Assembly (NCBI RefSeq): GCF_009914755.1
Contig: NC_060930.1
DNA: 64,000 bases
Direction: 5' to 3' (one strand)
Origin: the human T2T-CHM13v2.0 reference genome, Homo sapiens
In this document: piece by piece, positions 1 to 12,445 of the stretch
How positions within the stretch are numbered: the stretch's first letter is position 1
How the letters are laid out: every line of letters starts with the position of its first letter
Made by a program: the position numbers and the translations under genes
The notes under the pieces: model-generated
The model's input: only the letters and a program-made list of their open reading frames with translations
Databases searched by the model: none
Told to the model about the DNA's origin: nothing

Positions 1-37
1 GTGCATTGAAGTAGTGGAGCTTGGGCTTCTCTGCCAT
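1..37 (-). CDS. GSTA1: Glutathione S-transferase A1, first coding part of exon 2 (partial; continues beyond the window start)
   Basis: Reverse complement reads ATG GCA GAG AAG CCC AAG CTC CAC TAC TTC AAT GCA C = [12 protein letters not shown](R). Glu3/Phe10/Ala12 match GSTA1 rather than GSTA2 (HYSNI). 30-nt 5'UTR at 38-67 and AG acceptor at 68-69. Confidence 0.95.
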   Translation of the reverse strand, partial: MAEKPKLHYFNA

Positions 38-68
38 GATAGCAGTCTCCTGGAGGTTTCTCTAAGCC

Positions 69-92
69 TGAATGAATGAATGAATGAATGAA
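69..92. repeat. (TGAA)6 microsatellite = (TTCA)6 directly before the GSTA1 exon-2 acceptor
   Basis: Six perfect TGAA units. The GSTA5 paralog has four (42321-42336). Confidence 0.95.
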
Positions 93-1645
93 TAATTGAA
101 ACGATAGAATCAAAAATGTACTTTAGGATATGTAGTTGAAAACCACCAACAATACTGAAGAAGAACCTTCCTTCTTCATGACTGTGTTGGAGGAGTTCCT
201 GGAATGTTTTCTTGGCTCAAATTGTTACCCAGCAGTGGCCACCCTCAGATTCCAGCAAACCAGTCTCAAGTCTTCATTGGCTAACTGTGACTTTTCTTGG
301 CAGCATAAGAGGTGAGAGTATGTGGTAAAAATACATGTATAGGAGTTATTGGAAGAGGAAGAATTCAAGAACTAATATTTATTGAAAACTTCCTAGTGAT
401 CCTTCCTCAATGCTAGTCCCTTTCAATATTTTATATCTTTAACCCTCCTTATAGTCCCGTGAAATGATTGTTATCTCCATTTTTTAGTTAATGAAATGGA
501 ACATCAGAGAAATACAATGTTCACAGTCACACTCCGGTTGGTGATGGACATGAATATCTACAGCAAGGACTAAAATGAAGTCACTCCTGGAAGCCAGCTG
601 GGTGAAGGCCCTGGGAACCCATGAACTGGCCATGAAACCAGAGGATGTCACTGACAGGGAGGACCGGCAGGGAGCTAAGTCACTCTTCACCTCTTTGACT
701 GTGAGACTACATTTGATCAAAACCAGAAATTAGGCCTCAGACTTGTTTAACTGTAGCTAGAAGATCCAAAATCTATCAACAGACAGAGATTGTTAATCCC
801 TGCAGCTTTTGTAATTCTGTATTCTAACTCTATGGGGTGCATTTTGTTTTATAAGCTGGAAGAAGAGATGTTGCTGCATTAATTTTGCAATATGGAAGGA
901 GCTAGCATTTGTTCAACATCAGTTACATACTGGTCATTCTTCTAAACTTCTCTTCGTTTTATCCTACAAAAATCACCTAAGATGAATGCAGTTGTTATTC
1001 TCATTTTACATTTGAGGATACTGAGGTTTTTAAAGTAACTTTCTCAGAGTAAATGATGGATCGGGATGCAGACTCACTGCTGTTAAAAACCAAGGACTGA
1101 GTCTTATTTTCTATGTTAGTGTTTCTGAAATATGCATGGTAATCTTTCAGTAGATTGTGAAAGCCCATTACTTTTAAAAATAAAATAGAAAAGAATAGAA
1201 AATGTCAGTGAGCATGACATGTTGAAAGGTAAGTAATGTTTGATGAGTTGTTAGTTTCAGTTATTTGTATATTGTGTGTACGGATGTTTGCACGTGTGCA
1301 TGCTCACTTGCTCATTGTAAATGGTTAGAGAGAAATTGACTGGGCTCATCAGTGAAGTTTGATAGCCCTTGCTCTATCCCAGGCTGTTTGGGAGGTGGAA
1401 CATAGCAGAGTATCAGAGAATGAAAACCAGTGGCTGCAGGGACAGATGCAACTAATTGTATCATGAATGTGAATGGAAGGGCACAGGACTCATTGAAAGC
1501 AGGAGTTCCAGTGCCAAGACTTAGGAACAGTTGCGTTTTCTCTCCAAACCCCCAGCTCTGATATTTAACATTAAGATTCTTCTTGCAAAGTTTTGTGGTT
1601 GTTGAGTGTGGAACAAAAATATACTTGCCTTTAACAACTAATATA

Positions 1646-1950
<305 letters not shown>

Positions 1951-3349
1951 TCAACCAATGTATTTCTAAAAAGGTATGTATGACTAAAATTAGGCATCAA
2001 AATCTTTTAAATGTCTCATTTTAAAATATGGGAGTCAATAATTAACCTTTGGAAAGTAAAGAATTCTTTGAAATCATACTGAATCAACTCACCTGTTTTG
2101 TCATGAGATATTTTGACATTGTACTTTCTATGATAACTCCAGGAGCAATTTAAAGTAACTTGGGAAATGGAAATAGCATAATTTGACAGAGTGAAAGGGA
2201 GAGTGAAGTTCACATGAAAGCATGGGGTATGCTTGTTTAATTGTTATCGACTAGAGTTCACAGTGTTGTAATTCCAATCCCCAAACTAAACTCTCTTAGC
2301 CATTGATTGAGGATCATGTTTCAAAAGGAAGTGAAATTTTATCTTACATAATATTTTATCACAACACTCCTGCTGACAACTAGCATATCACTTTCTCAAT
2401 GTGAGGTTTCCAAGGGTCAGGCTAAGACTGAGACATAGGTTACCATTGAGCTTTGTTGGGTCAACAGAAAATGAGAACCAGAGAGCTCAAGGATTTGCCA
2501 TGGGTCACACACACATGCTCCTCATTCATAGTCAATATCTAGGGAGTGTGTTTACCTTCCGCAACAACCCTGGGAAATGGCTCCTATTATCCAAATTAAA
2601 GATGGGCACACTGAGTTTCAGAGAGCTAAAGCACCTGTCTCATGCTGCACACTTGGTGAGTGTTGGGTCAGCCTTAACTTCTGATTGCAGGTCCAGAGCT
2701 TTTCCACTCCACCTCATAACCTGGCTCTCAGCTCCTGTCTGAGAAGTTGTTTTGTATTTTCCTATTCAATATATATTAGCCAAATAAATGTTGGAAGGAG
2801 AGGACGAGAGGGGAACATCTAATTCCTGAGTTCCCCCTGTTAGCAACTTTTCAGGGGCTTGCTTGGAAGAAAAAATTGATAAAACTGTGACTTTCTCTGA
2901 TTTGACAACCTAAAAATCAGAGTGAGTTGAGGACTAGTATAATTACTTTACATCAATAATTAACTTACATCAATTAAAAAATGGGCTTGTTTTGAAAGGA
3001 ATATAAGCTCTCATAATTCCAGGAGTAAATTAAAGGAGTTACATTTACATCTCTGAGGTGGTCCCAATGACACTGTTTCTTATCAGAGAGAAGGGAGAAT
3101 GAGATAAACTATGACTCCTTCCATTATGAGATTCATAAATGCAGTAGGTTGTTTAATCTCTGAGCCTCAATTTTCTCTTCTTAGAATAGAGATAGTTATT
3201 TCTACTTTTGAGGGTTGTTGAGAAAGTTAAATGAGATAATGTACAAAAAATTCATAGTAGGAACACAGCAATGGGTGTTTGCTCTTGTCCCAGTGCTTGG
3301 AAGATGGGTGAGTCTCTGGACATATTGAGTAGCCCATGGATCCTCTTTC

Positions 3350-3520
3350 TTTGATCTATCTATCCATCAATTATTTTACTGACCAACAATCTATGTATAT
3401 GTATCTATTTATAATCTCTGTCTACCCATCCATGTATGTATTATTTTATCTATCAATCGTTCTATGTATCTATCTCTTTGTAATCTGTCTCTTCATCATC
3501 TATTATCTGTCTTGTATCCA
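3350..3520. repeat. Degenerate (TCTA)n simple repeat in GSTA1 intron 1
   Basis: Runs of tctatctatc/atctatgt. Paralogous copy at ~46335-46520. Confidence 0.75.
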
Positions 3521-3772
3521 TTTCTCTGGTTCTCTATATTTTGTTCATAGAACTCGAGTAGGAATAAGATTTTATATGAATCCAGACTTATATCAAATCT
3601 GTCATATGATGGCTCTCTGTTTCTCTCTCTCTTTCCTTTTTAGCTCCTGTACAGAAGATATTGATATTCACTAATCAGTCCACCTGGATTAACAGGAAAT
3701 TTTCAGTGAATGTCCAAGCAGTGGGGCACATCAGTAACACAGCCTTGCTTAGCCCCATGAGGTCATGTAGTC

Positions 3773-3970
3773 CCATGGTTCTCAACCAGGGGGATTTTGC
3801 TCCTCTGCTCCAGAGGACATTGAGCAAGGTCTAGAGACATTTTGGGTTGTCATATCTGCGGGGAGGGAAAGGGGGCTACAAATCAGATAGGTAGAGGCCA
3901 GGGATGCCTAGAAACATCCTAGAGTGAGCAGGACAGATCTCCATTCAAAGAATTACACAGTTTAAAGGGC
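3773..3970 (+). mobile_element. MER20-like hAT DNA transposon relic
   Basis: catggttctcaaccagggggattttgc...gacattttgggttgtca...gtagaggccagggatgc resembles MER20. Paralogs at ~24555-24765 and ~46757-46955. Confidence 0.7.
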
Positions 3971-4554
3971 AGCAACAGTCGGAGCCTCTTTCTTAGCTAT
4001 CCTCTATATTGGCCATGAGTTGGTAGAACTCCAGAGACAGAATATGACTTGTCTTTGAGCTAATTAGTGGCAAAGGCTCAACTAGAATCTAGTTCTCCTG
4101 ACATTCAAACTAATTTATTCTAATTATACTAAACCTGAGTTTTGTATTTTCACAGCCAATATAGAATTACAGTGTCACAATTTACAATTGTGTGTTGACT
4201 ACTTACACAGAGAAATAAATTTTTGCATACATTGCCACTTCTTCCAGCACTGATTATTCTCAGATTGTTTAAAATGCTACCATTTCTTTTTTCTCTTCAT
4301 GTCATTGTTTCCCATACCATTAAATGCTGAAGCCCTGGTTTTCTAAATTCTTCATTTTTACATTTCTGTAAAGATGTATCCAACAGAAAAGAAATAAACA
4401 ATTCTTGAACTGTCACCCAAACACACCAAGACGGCACAATATGAGTAAAAACAGACTTTTCCTTGTGCTAAGGACACATATTAGCATATTTTTCTAGGAG
4501 GCTAGAGAGGAGGGTGTAAGGCAATGTAGAGAAATTTATAAGATCAGTACTTAC

Positions 4555-4590
4555 TTTGTTAAACGCTGTCACCGTCCTGGCTCGACAACT
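4555..4590 (-). other. GSTA1: GSTA1 non-coding exon 1 (36 nt)
   Basis: Minus strand AGTTGTCGAGCCAGGACGGTGACAGCGTTTAACAAA followed by canonical gtaagt donor (4554-4549). Joins exon 2 to give the GSTA1 mRNA leader as I recall it. Confidence 0.92.
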
Positions 4591-4800
4591 GAATTCCAGG
4601 TCCTAATGTATTTATAAGCTCTTTGTTCCTCTCAATAGTTCTCTCCCACTGAAAGAAGAGTCAAGTTAGGGAAAAGCCACTCCCACACATTTCATGGCCA
4701 AGGGGCCACCTACTGGATTCTAAGACATGAGGCAAGTGATCTGCTTATCAGAAGAAACTGGTTAATGTGTTCCTTTTCAAGGTTGGCAATCAAAGTTTAC
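4591..4800 (-). promoter_or_regulatory. GSTA1: GSTA1 proximal promoter (TATA, Sp1-type box, GATA, HNF1-like site); *B haplotype
   Basis: TATAAA at 4616-4611. GTGGGAGAGAAC (-52A at 4642). -69T at 4659 forms an EarI site (GAAGAG, 4655-4660). TGATAAG at 4750-4744. GGTTAATGTGTTCC HNF1-like site at 4760-4773. Confidence 0.88.
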
Positions 4801-4975
4801 ACAATACATTTCACCGAGATTTTGCTCTTTTTGCAAGTCAGCAGAAACTGGCTTTTTAAAGATGCTTTTTTTCATGAGTTGGGTGCAAAGACTAGGGCAA
4901 CTGAAAAATCTCTACTGTGAGCATAGCTGGGAGAGGATGTCTGTGAAGGGCAAGCTGATGCCACCGTTTTCTTAC

Positions 4976-5167
4976 TGGGTTGCCAAATAAAATATAGGAC
5001 ATCCATGTAAATGTGAATTTCAGGCAAACAATCAACAATTTTTTAGTTATAGCTATGTTCCAAACACGGTATGAAACCAGATTATACTGAAATATTATTT
5101 ATTGTTTATCTGAAATTCACATTTAGGTGGGTATCCTGTATTTTATCTGACAAATCCAGAGACCCTA
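4976..5167. mobile_element. MER53 palindromic MITE upstream of GSTA1
   Basis: gggttgccaaataaaatataggac...gaccct ends. Internal inverted arms 5016-5032 vs 5101-5117 (15/17 complementary). Paralogs at 29046-29237 and 47962-48153. Confidence 0.8.
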
Positions 5168-5279
5168 TTTGCATATGCTATCCTCTTTGCGTCACTCAAA
5201 TTGCCCATAATATAACAAATCTGAAAGTATTCATCACCTGGATTCATCAATTGCAAATAATCTTATTTCACCTATACCA

Positions 5280-5600
5280 TGTAGGGGGTTATGTTGGCCC
5301 CCAAGAAAGATAGGTCCATATAGAAATCCCTAGATCCTGTGAACTTGATCTTATTTGGAAAAAGGCTCTTTGCAGATGTAATGAAGTAAAAGAATTTGAG
5401 ATGAGATCATCTTGGTATATCTGGATAGGCCCCAAATCCAATGACAATTGTCCTCACAGCAGAGAGAAGAGAAGACACAACACACAGGGGGTGAGGTGCT
5501 GGAACACAGAGGCAGAAATTAGAGTGATGTGGTCATGATCCATGAAAGTCCAGAAAGGCCAAGAGCCCCCAGAAGCTAGAAGACGCAGGGAAGGATTCCT
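5280..5600 (+). mobile_element. MLT1-type (MaLR) LTR, 3'-truncated by a deletion
   Basis: cttatttggaaaaaggctctttgcagatgta...gagatgagatcatc...aagagcccccagaagctaga are MLT1 hallmarks. A longer copy lies at 29636-31518. Confidence 0.75.
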
Positions 5601-6382
5601 GGAAATCACTTCTAATCCAAACACGCTGGCACAATGACACACCAGGGAAAAATAATTTTGCATATAGTTACTTATATGTAATTCGCATATACCATCTGTA
5701 TCTTCGCAGCCAGGCCTGAGTGGCACTGAACGAACTGAGGGAAGGCTCATGCCCGGGTCCCCACAGAGCCTTGAGGAGAGTGAGGATGAGCCAGGAGCAC
5801 ATGCACTGTAAGGGATGACAAGTTGGCCTGAGAGCAGAGGGTGGGTCTGTTTGCTCTTCAATATTTCCTCACCCCTTACAAAACTGAGGGATCCATAGCA
5901 GACAGAAAGGTTGTTTGAAAATGCATAAGAAAAAGTGTTTTCATGAGAAATAAAATGGATGTCAAGGAAAAAAGAAAATTTCATTTTGCCATTCCCCAGA
6001 ATGATAACTGTTTTCTTGTGCAGAATGTCAGAAGTAAATTTCTATACATGACTTTCTGATAGGCCATTTGACAAATGTTGCAGGACAATTCTTGAAAAAG
6101 TCAAACAAACCACATAGTCTACATTTTACTTTTTTACTAAATTTTTAATTCCAAGAAAATTTATGGGGAGTTTGGAAATCTGATTTCACATCAGATACTA
6201 ATGAAAAGAAATCAATTTTAACTAAATCTGGTCATAGGCATTTTACTATGTAATTAGCACATAATTTTTAAAAAGTTTATTAACTTCACAATAGCCACAA
6301 CCAACATTTAGATAAAGCAATTTATTGTTGCAAAACTTTAGAATATTGGTATTGCATGTTCTTGGCATCCATGCCTGTTTTA

Positions 6383-6505
6383 TCAAACCTTGAAAATCTT
6401 TGTTGCTTCTTCTAAACCTTTCGCATTTATGGGAAGCTCCCTCAGGCTGCCAGGCTGCAAAAACTTCTTCACTGTGGGGAGTTTGCTGATTCTGATTTTC
6501 AGGGC
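6383..6505 (-). pseudogene. GSTA6P: GSTA6P exon 7 homolog
   Basis: [40 protein letters not shown], 123 nt. Acceptor reads GG (plus cc at 6506-6507). Confidence 0.9.
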
Positions 6506-7391
6506 CCGCAATGCACAAAGCACAGCCTCAGAGTGAAGCCAAGGGCTAACACCACCATTAACACAACCCAGGGAATCTGCGCCCCTCCTACACAAAGACC
6601 ACCTGAGTTCTCTCTATCAGCACCAGTAGGGAGGCAGAAAGAGACACTACGTGAGAAATGAAGATAAGAGGAAGAACATGCAGCTCACTAGCATTTTCCC
6701 AAAAAATGTCTTTAAGACTTTATTCAGTTCAGTCTTCCTACCCTCTTCCTTACACATGAATCTTGTAGATTCATGGCTCTTGTAGAAGATGAGAAAGAAC
6801 AATGTGCCTGTGAGATAGCACAGATCAGTCTCTAAGCAGAAGAAGTGAAGATATGGGAAAATTGAGCTAGAAATGAAAATAGAAAATGTTAAAGTCAAAC
6901 CATGGGACCACTTTTTCCCATAGAGAGATATAGCTTTCAGGGGCAGCGTGTTGGGAGAGCTGTGCACAAGGAACTCAGTTATCTGACAGCAAGAGCCAGA
7001 GCATAAGGAAGGAACCAGATGGAAAGGGCCCTGCTCAGACACACTTGGTGTGGGAAGATAAGGGCATATTGGGATAAAGGGCATCACAGAGAACTCAGGA
7101 ACAGAAACCACAGTGAAATAAAGGGATGAGGAGAGATGCTGAGTCCTGGGTCCTTGGCATTATAAAAAGCGAAATATTCTTGGGGTAGCATGCACATGTA
7201 ATTTCCTTGGCATAACAAGAAGGCATTTCCATGCCTCAGAATCAGGACCTGGAAGCTCATTTTGGAGACCTGGGGGGCCCTGAAGACCTGGAGAAGGCTG
7301 AGGTCAGAATGTGGCCAGTTCAAGGACCCAGATACTAGATCCCAAGATGGGAGATGAGGAGCTGCCTCTTGAGGACTGGGAAATGGGTCAC

Positions 7392-7523
7392 CTTCAGCAG
7401 AGGGAAGTTGGAGATGAGGCTGGTGTCAAGCTCTTCCACGTGGTAGAGAAGTTTGACCAGGTGAATGTCAGCCCGGCTCAGCTTGTGGCCAACGAGGTAG
7501 TCTTGTCCATGGCTCTTCAACAC
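7392..7523 (-). pseudogene. GSTA6P: GSTA6P exon 6 homolog
   Basis: VLKSHGQDYLVGHKLSRADIHLVKLLYHVEELDTSLISNFPLLK, 132 nt. AG and GT both intact. Confidence 0.92.
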
Positions 7524-8158
7524 CTGGAGAATCAGAGGAAACAGATCAGGAACACATGTGCAGTGAGGCTGGGGCCTCTGCTTCTCCCTGAGTTTGTCCA
7601 GGCTGACTCTCCCTCTCCCACCTCTGCTTCCTTACTGGGCAGGTGCAAAGATCCAGATCTTTCTCCATGTTACCTGATTCAGTGAGAGAGTAAGAAGTGT
7701 GGCTCTGCTTACTCCTTGTTTGGAGCCCAGGCTCCCATTTTCTCCTCTCATTCCACATCACTATGGCATCCACAGCACCCACCCAGCTTGCATCTTCCAC
7801 ATGGGCCAGGGGCTTTTCCCCTGCTGCAGCATGTCCTGTCTGCCCCAGGCCCTACAGTGTGCAGCCCTGATGTTCAGTGGCTCTACACACTCTCTCTCTC
7901 TCTCCAGTCTCTCTTGGGCAGCGACTCCACCTTCATGACAGCACTCTTCTCCCACGAGTAGACTATTTCAGAATCCTCATTTCTCCTCATCTGCCCTCCT
8001 CATTTCCTGCTCTGGGATCTGAAATAAGCCTGGGTGAACTTTAATTCATCCTCTTTCTTGCAATGGTGGTTCTTACTGCTTTGACTATGTTATAATCTGC
8101 ATGCCACTGTGTCCCAGGGTGAACTGCAAAGATGTCTGCAACTTACTTTGAAATGCAC

Positions 8159-8191
<33 letters not shown>
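8159..8191. repeat. (AAT)11 microsatellite
   Basis: Perfect trinucleotide run, absent from the paralogous introns. Confidence 0.95.
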
Positions 8192-8192
<1 letters not shown>

Positions 8193-8717
8193 TGTTTGAG
8201 TGAGGCAAACAGGGGTGGAGTGACTGACACGTGATAAATCAAAGATAAAAGGTTAACTTTGCTCTTTAGATCCTTGGTGTATATATGTTCATAAAACATT
8301 TCTTTGGACTACACCAGATCTATACATTTTTAATAATAAAGTTTTTGAGTGATATATGATATTTATTAAAATATCTCAGCACATTGACATCATAAATAAT
8401 AAAAAGAGAAAACATATGGCAACATTGATTTAAGATAATAGTTTGACAATACATTTTCAGACTATGTATACATACAAACGTATGGATAATGACTTGGTAC
8501 ACAAACAAAACAACTTCAATGCTATATTGTAATATACATTGTTCAAATGCACATATCACAGGCTATTTGGTAGAACTCGTAGAATTCTTATTCACAGTCT
8601 ATTTTTATACCATGCCTTGGGAGTCAGGTGCTCCATTAACATCAAGGAAAGCTTCTTGGAAGTGAAGGTCAATGCCCCAAAAATACACAGGTACTATTTT
8701 ATTTTTCTGTTGCCTTG

Positions 8718-9111
8718 TGTTATGGACTGAATGTTTATGTTTCCCAAAAATTCATATGTTGAGATCCTGACCCCCAAATCTTTAGAAGAGATCCCTAAAA
8801 AATATATTCTTTCAAGCCATTAGTAGGTGGGGGTTTCAGGAGATGATCAAGTCATGGGGGTGGAGCTTTCATGAATGACATTAGTCCCCTTATAAAAGGG
8901 TTCTCAGAGAACTCCCTTGGCATGTTTGCCATGTGAGGACATAGCCAGAGATTGGCTGTCTATGATCCAAGGAACAGGTGCTCCCTAGATGTGAAATCTG
9001 CTGGCACATTGATCTTGTACTTCCCAGCCTGCAGAGCTGTGAGATAGAAACATCTGTTCTTTAAGCTACCCAGTCTATGGTATTTTGTTATTGCAGCCAA
9101 ACTGCTAAGAA
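8718..9111 (+). mobile_element. MLT1A/MST-type MaLR LTR
   Basis: tgttatggactgaatgttt...ttcatatgttgagatcct...ctacccagtctatggtattttgttattgcagcc matches the MaLR LTR pattern. Confidence 0.75.
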
Positions 9112-9114
9112 ACC

Positions 9115-10238
9115 CTCTAAACTCTTAGTGCCCTTATAGACTAAACAGCTTCTATCATGACCCTTACAACAGTCAAATACACCAGCATTGGCCAATAACT
9201 GCCAGCTTCCCTAATTTTTGCCTCTATTTTCAATTTATGACCAACCACAGAAAGCAAAATATGGATCTCTGACTAATCCCATAGAAATCCACACTTCTAG
9301 TTAGCCAGCTTACAGCATCCCTAGGCCAGCAATCAGGACATAACTTTTTCTACCAGTAATCTCTCAGACTTTCCTGCCTACCTCTGAATCTCTGATAAAT
9401 GCAAAAGATGGCGGCTGACTTCCTTTCTATAGCAAGCTCTGTATAAACACCTTTTGCTTATTCTCATTTGGACTGTCTTCACTTCCACAGTTTTTCTGGA
9501 AGTTGCAACAAGACATGGTCTATGTTGCCCGTTGCCATGGACCCCATCCGTCAACCAGGTGCTGTATCCACAAAGGCTCCTTGTGCCTTGTGGCAAGTCA
9601 GCACCTGGGCTGAACTCTTTTCTCTTTGCATTGAACTCTTTCACTTTTTATTCTCAGGTTGGTCCTTGGTTTTGGTATTGGTTCTCATCTGCTTAGCATC
9701 CTTTGTAGAATCAGGACTTTCTTTTCATTTCTTTTGTAGTCTTTCGTGTTACTTTTTTTTGTCGTGCGATCTAAAGGTGTTATTTGTCATAAAAGAAGCA
9801 GCATAAGAGCAGAGGCCCAGGAGCCTGTTTTTCAAGATAGCCTCACAGTACATTAAGTTTGAGGTTCTCACTGGACCTCTTTCCATTTGTCACACTTTGC
9901 TGTGGGTCACCCCTAAAACAGAATGAAGTTCTTCTCTCTTGATTTTTGGTTCTTGTTGTTCTGCAAACTTGGCAGTGCCAGACAGAAACATCACAGTTTC
10001 CACTTGAGGCAGAGTATTGACTGTGACTTTAGATTTACTTTATCCTTGTTAGGTGGTAATCCATATATCTGACTGAATAATTCTCTATTGTAGTTTTGAG
10101 GCTTAAATCATGTAGCCACTAAAAAGCTGAAGAAATGCCTAGGGCGAGATCTGGGGAAGGGGCATGGACCTTCCATGCCTTCCCTGGACAGGCCACCCTC
10201 CAAGAAGCTCCACGTGTTCAGCTATCCAGAAGCTCCCA
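9115..10238. mobile_element. MER21-like ERV1 LTR/internal fragments abutting the GSTA6P exon-5 donor
   Basis: ccttccatgccttccctgg...ctccacgtgttcagctatccagaagctcc (10168-10237) is MER21-like. The whole segment is absent from the paralogous intron 5. Confidence 0.5.
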
Positions 10239-10243
10239 GGTAC

Positions 10244-10383
10244 AGTTTCAAAGACAGGAAAATAATGGCTTGTTGTTCCCTCTGATCAGGGCAAGCTTTG
10301 CATCTTTTTCCTCAGGTGGATGCAATGAGCAATGAAGAAGCTTTTCACTCAAACCTGCCCTACCTTCTGTATACATTTCGACC
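10244..10383 (-). pseudogene. GSTA6P: GSTA6P exon 5 homolog (frameshifted)
   Basis: VEMYTEGRAGLSEKLLHCSLHPPEEKDAKLALIRG... 140 nt vs 142 in GSTA5. The shifted frame ends in TGA and the acceptor is mutated. Confidence 0.85.
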
Positions 10384-11226
10384 CCGTAAGACAAAAATAA
10401 CCAAACTGCTGAGTGCCTTCTGCCTTAGATTTTATGTTTAAACACTTGAGACCGTGAAGCATTAGGTGACAGGAAAGTAATTCAGCTCCACTGCGTGCCT
10501 TTTATATGCTAGTCATTAGGCTATGATTTTTATAAATATATTTACATTTATTTCTCAGAACACTCTACTGTGATAGATTTATATCTAAAATGTTTGTTAT
10601 ACACATGACCAAATACAGGTACAAGAAACATCGGTGACCTGTCCAGCGTCACAGTCATGAGAGAAATTAGTGGAATCACTGCAAGTAACCACTGATGCTA
10701 CAAATAGGGTTTGCTCACTCTGCTGTGGTTTGTTTTACACATAAGCCCTGCCATTTACATAATCCCAAGACAGCCTCCCCAGCACAGTGATCTCGAACGT
10801 GTCTGTTTTCCTCTCTCATCATACTACAAATCCCAGGCTCACTTTTATGCCCAATATTAGAAGTTCTTAAAAAAGAAAAAAATAAAATTAATAAAGGAAA
10901 AACTAGGAAATAAGGTATGTCTTTAAAAGATACCCCTAAAAAATATATTTTTTCAAGCAAGCTACTAATTTTCAAAAAACAAAAAAAAAGAAGCTCTCTC
11001 AATTATTTTCCATAAAACATTGTTCCATTACCTTTTCCATATGATGTTGTCCAATTCTAGTCATGATTGTGTTTCAAGACCTCACCTAATATTCCCATGG
11101 TAATGTGGGAAAATTGTTTACATAGTAAAATTGGTAAACATGGTAAAATTATTCATATAGTTAAAACCAGTGCATAGCATAGGACATCTTCTTTCTTCTC
11201 ATTTCAAACTGTGTTTCCTACAAAAC

Positions 11227-11853
<627 letters not shown>

Positions 11854-11854
11854 A

Positions 11855-12445
11855 ATACTTTTAAATAACAGCTTTATTGACATGTATTCACATACTATAA
11901 TTGCCACCCCTTAACAGAATATTATTCAGTAATTTTTAGTACATTTACAGAATTCTGCAAATACTGTCACTGTCTAATTCCAGAACATTTTTATCACCTG
12001 GGAAAGCAGTAGCACATGCTTTGGCAGCCATTCCCCATTGTCCCCTTTCTCCAGCCCCTGTCAACAACTGATTTCCTTTCTGGACTCAAATGGTCTGGAT
12101 GGTTCATACAAAAGAATTCATGTTACATGTGGCCTTTGGTGTCTGGTTTCTTTTATGGAACATGTTTTCAAGGCTCACCCATGTTGTAGCATGCATCAGT
12201 ACTTCATCCCTTTTCATAGCCCAAGAATATTCCATTGTCTGCTACAGCACATCTTGTTCCTCCATTCATCCATGGGTGGACATTTGGGTTGTTTCCACCT
12301 TTTGCATAGCATGAATAATTCTCCTATGAACATTTCTGTGCATGGATTAGTGAGGATGTGTTTTCCTTTCTCCTGGATGTAGACCTGGTAGTGGAATTGC
12401 TAGGTCATTGGTAACTCTATATTGGACTTCTCAAGGAACTGCCAG
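11855..12445 (-). mobile_element. Ancient L1M 3' fragment in intron 4 (present in all units)
   Basis: cagctttattgacatgtattcacatac...gtggacatttgggttgtttccacc...ggaattgctaggtc. Paralogs at ~36465-37070 and ~58510-59120. Confidence 0.7.

Noticed and set aside
3336-3674. Hydrophobic 112-aa ORF
   Set aside because: Translation of a degenerate (TCTA)n repeat; truncated in the paralog at 46319.
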